Below are positions 60,901-64,000 of a stretch of DNA of 64,000 nt, piece by piece. The notes beneath the pieces are model-generated. The model ran no database searches. It worked only from the letters and a program-made list of their open reading frames with translations, and was not told where the DNA came from. This stretch comes from Eledone cirrhosa (taxonomy: Eukaryota): NCBI GenBank assembly GCA_964016885.1, contig CAXHJY010000264.1:248001-312000 (forward strand). The letters run 5' to 3'. The number at the start of each line of letters is the position of its first letter. The stretch's first letter is position 1. The position numbers and the translations under genes were made by a program.

Positions 60901-63900
60901 TGCCACTGGTACAGCCAGCCATTGGGGTGCCACTCTAGATGTGCCACTGGTACAGCCAGTCATTGGGGTACCACTCTAGATGTGCCACTGGTACAGCCAG
61001 TCATTAGGGTGCCACTGGTACAGCCAGTCAATGGGGCGACACTCTAGATGTGCCACTGGTACAGCCAGTCATTGGGGTGCCACTCTAGATGTGCCACTGG
61101 TACAGCCAGTCAATGGGGCGACACTCTAGATGTGCCACTGGTACAGCCAGTTATTGGGGTGCCACTCTAGATGTGCCACTGGTACAGCCAGTCATTAGGG
61201 TGCCACTCTAGATGTGCCACTGGTACAGCCAGCCATTGGGGTGTCACTCTAGATGTGTCACTGGTACAGCCAGTCCATGGGGTGCCACTCTAGATGTGCC
61301 ACTGGTACAGCCAGTCATTGGGGTGTCACTCTAGATGTGCCACTGGTACAGCAAGTCATTGGGGTGTCACTCTAGATGTGCCACTGGTACAGCCAGTCAT
61401 TGGGGTGCCACTCTAGATGTGGCACTGGTACAGCCAGTCATTGGGGTGCCACTCTAGATGTGACACTGGTACAGCCAGTCATTGGGGTGTCACTGTAGAT
61501 GTGCCACTGGTACAGCCAGTCATTAGGGTCCCACTCTAGATGTGCCACTGGTACAGCCAGTCATTAGGGTGCCACTGGTACAGCCAGTCATTGGGGTGCC
61601 ACTCTAGATGTGCCACTGGTACAGCCAGTCATTGGGGTGCCACTCTAGATGTGAGATTGGTACAGCCAGCCATTGGGGTGCCACTCTAGATGTGAGATTG
61701 GTACAACCAGTCATTGGGGTGCCACTCTAGATGTGCCACTGCTACAGCCAGTCATTAGGGTGCCACTCTAGATGTGCCACTGGTACAGCCAGTCATTAGG
61801 GTGCCACTCTAGATGTGCCACTGGTACAGCCAGTCATTAGGGTGCCACTCTAGATGTGCCACTGGTACAGCCAGTCATTTGGGTGCTACTGGTACAGCCA
61901 GTCATTGGGGTGCCACTCTAGATGTGCCACTGGTACAGCCAGTCATTAGGGTGCCACTCTAGATGTGCCACTGGTACAGCCAGTCATTAGGGTGCCACTC
62001 TAGATGTGCCACTGGTACAGCCAGTCATTGGGGTGCCACTCTAGATGTGAGATTGGTACAGCCAGTCAATGGGGTGTCACTCTAGATGTGCCACTGGTAC
62101 AGCCAGCCATTGGGGTGCAACTCTAGATGTGACATTGCTACAGCCAGTCATTAGGGTCCCACTCTAGATGTGCCACTGGTACAGCCAGCCATTGGGGTGC
62201 CACTCTAGATGTGCCACTGGTACAGCCAGCCATTGGGGTGCCACTCTAGATGTGACATTGGTACAGCCAGCCATTGGGGTACCACTCTAGATGTGCCACT
62301 GGTACAGCCAGTCATTGGGGTGCCACTCTAGATGTGCCACTGGTACAGCCAGTCATTAGGGTGCCACTCTAGATGTGCCACTGGTACAGCCAGTCATTAG
62401 GGTGCCACTCTAGATGTGCCACTGGTACAGCCAGTCATTAGGGTGCCACTCTAGATGTGCCACTGGTACAGCCAGTCATTTGGGTGCCACTGGTACAGCC
62501 AGTCATTGGGGTGCCTCTCTAGATGTGCCACTGGTACAGCCAGTCATTAGGGTGCCACTCTAGATGTGCCACTGGTACAGCCAGCCATTGGCGTGTCACT
62601 CTAGATGTGCCACTGGTACAGCCAGTCATTGGGGTGTCACTCTAGATGTGCCACTGGTACAGCCAGTCATTAGGGTGCCACTCTAGATGTGCCACTGGTA
62701 CAGCCAGTCATTTGGGTGCCACTGGTACAGCCAGTCATTGGGGTGCCACTCTAGATGTGCCACTGGTACAGCCAGCCATTGGGGTGTCACTCTAGATGTG
62801 CCACTCTAGATGTGCCACTGGTACAGCCAGTCATTGGGGTGTCACTCTAGATGTGCCACTGGTACAGCCAGCCATTGGGGTGTCACTCTAGATGTGCCAC
62901 TGGTACAGCCAGTCATTGGGGTGTCACTCTAGATGTGCCACCGGTACAGCCAGTCATTTGGGTGCCACTGGTACAGCCAGTCATTGGGGTGTCACTCTAG
63001 ATGTGCCACTGGTACAGCCAGTCATTGGGGTGTCACTCTAGATGTGCCACCGGTACAGCCAGTCATTTGGGTGCCACTGGTACAGCCAGCCATTAGGTAC
63101 CACTCTAGCTGTGCCACTGGTACAGCCAGTCCATGGGGTGCCACTCTGGATGTGCCACTGGTACAGCCAGTCATTGGGGTGTCACTCTAGATGTGCCACT
63201 GGTACAGCAAGTCATTGGGGTGTCACTCTAGATGTGCCACTGGTACAGCCAGTCATTGGGGTGCCACTCTAGATGTGGCACTGGTACAGCCAGTCATTGG
63301 GGTGCCACTCTAGATGTGACACTGGTACAGCCAGTCATTGGGGTGTCACTGTAGATGTGCCACTGGTACAGCCAGTCATTAGGGTCCCACTCTAGATGTG
63401 CCACTGGTACAGCCAGTCATTAGGGTGCCACTGGTACAGCCAGTCATTGGGGTGCCACTCTAGATGTGCCACTAGTACAGCCAGTCATTGGGGTGCCACT
63501 CTAGATGTGAGATTGGTACAGCCAGCCATTGGGGTGCCACTCTAGATGTGAGATTGGTACAACCAGTCATTGGGGTGCCACTCTAGATGTGCCACTGCTA
63601 CAGCCAGTCATTAGGGTGCCACTCTAGATGTGCCACTGGTACAGCCAGTCATTAGGGTGCCACTCTAGATGTGCCACTGGTACAGCCAGTCATTAGGGTG
63701 CCACTCTAGATGTGCCACTGGTACAGCCAGTCATTTGGGTGCTACTGGTACAGCCAGTCATTGGGGTGCCACTCTAGATGTGCCACTGGTACAGCCAGTC
63801 ATTAGGGTGCCACTCTAGATGTGCCACTGGTACAGCCAGTCATTAGGGTGCCACTCTAGATGTGCCACTGGTACAGCCAGTTATTGGGGTGCCACTCTAG

Positions 63901-64000
63901 ATGTGAGATTGGTACAGCCAGTCAATGGGGTGTCACTCTAGATGTGCCACTGGTACAGCCAGCCATTGGGGTGCAACTCTAGATGTGACATTGCTACAGC
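42927..64000. repeat. 41-bp satellite array (over 21 kb, roughly 500+ monomers, running off the right edge)
   Basis: Consensus GTGCCACTGGTACAGCCAGTCATTGGG-GTGCCACTCTAGAT with period 41 (e.g. 43521 to 43562). 27-bp monomers are interspersed. Confidence 0.99.

Noticed and set aside
42927-64000. CRISPR-like repeat/spacer appearance and short CHWYSQ ORFs
   Set aside because: There are no unique spacers and no cas genes, and the context is eukaryotic. The ORFs are satellite translations, broken by the TAG in TCTAGA.

Overview
This is repeat-rich, AT-rich animal genomic DNA. The RTE LINEs with (GAT)n tails, CORE-type tRNA SINEs and dense (TA)n/(CA)n suggest an octopus-like cephalopod, but that is inference. 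The window has three blocks. (1) 1-12.6 kb is a G/T-rich pentamer satellite (TAGTG/TGGTG)n, followed by 1.2 kb of (TTGG)n. (2) 14.7-42.9 kb is a field of transposon relics: a Penelope-like element (PLE) with RT and GIY-YIG domains, an inverted duplication of its 3' end and a hammerhead-ribozyme motif in each arm; a 5'-truncated RTE LINE whose ORF is still open and contains a PHD-like finger; a decayed mariner with TIRs; CR1 and RTE fragments; and SINEs. It also holds one plausible terminal exon of an unidentified minus-strand host gene. (3) 42.9-64 kb is a 41-bp satellite (27+14 bp subunits) with multi-kb higher-order duplications. The long HYTTL-, WLVG- and CHWYSQ-type ORFs are translation artefacts of repeats. 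The best leads are several hammerhead-core motifs sitting in foldback/pLTR remnants, and tandem repeats that grew out of an RTE 3' UTR unit. I see no convincing new protein-coding system. All alignments were done by eye.
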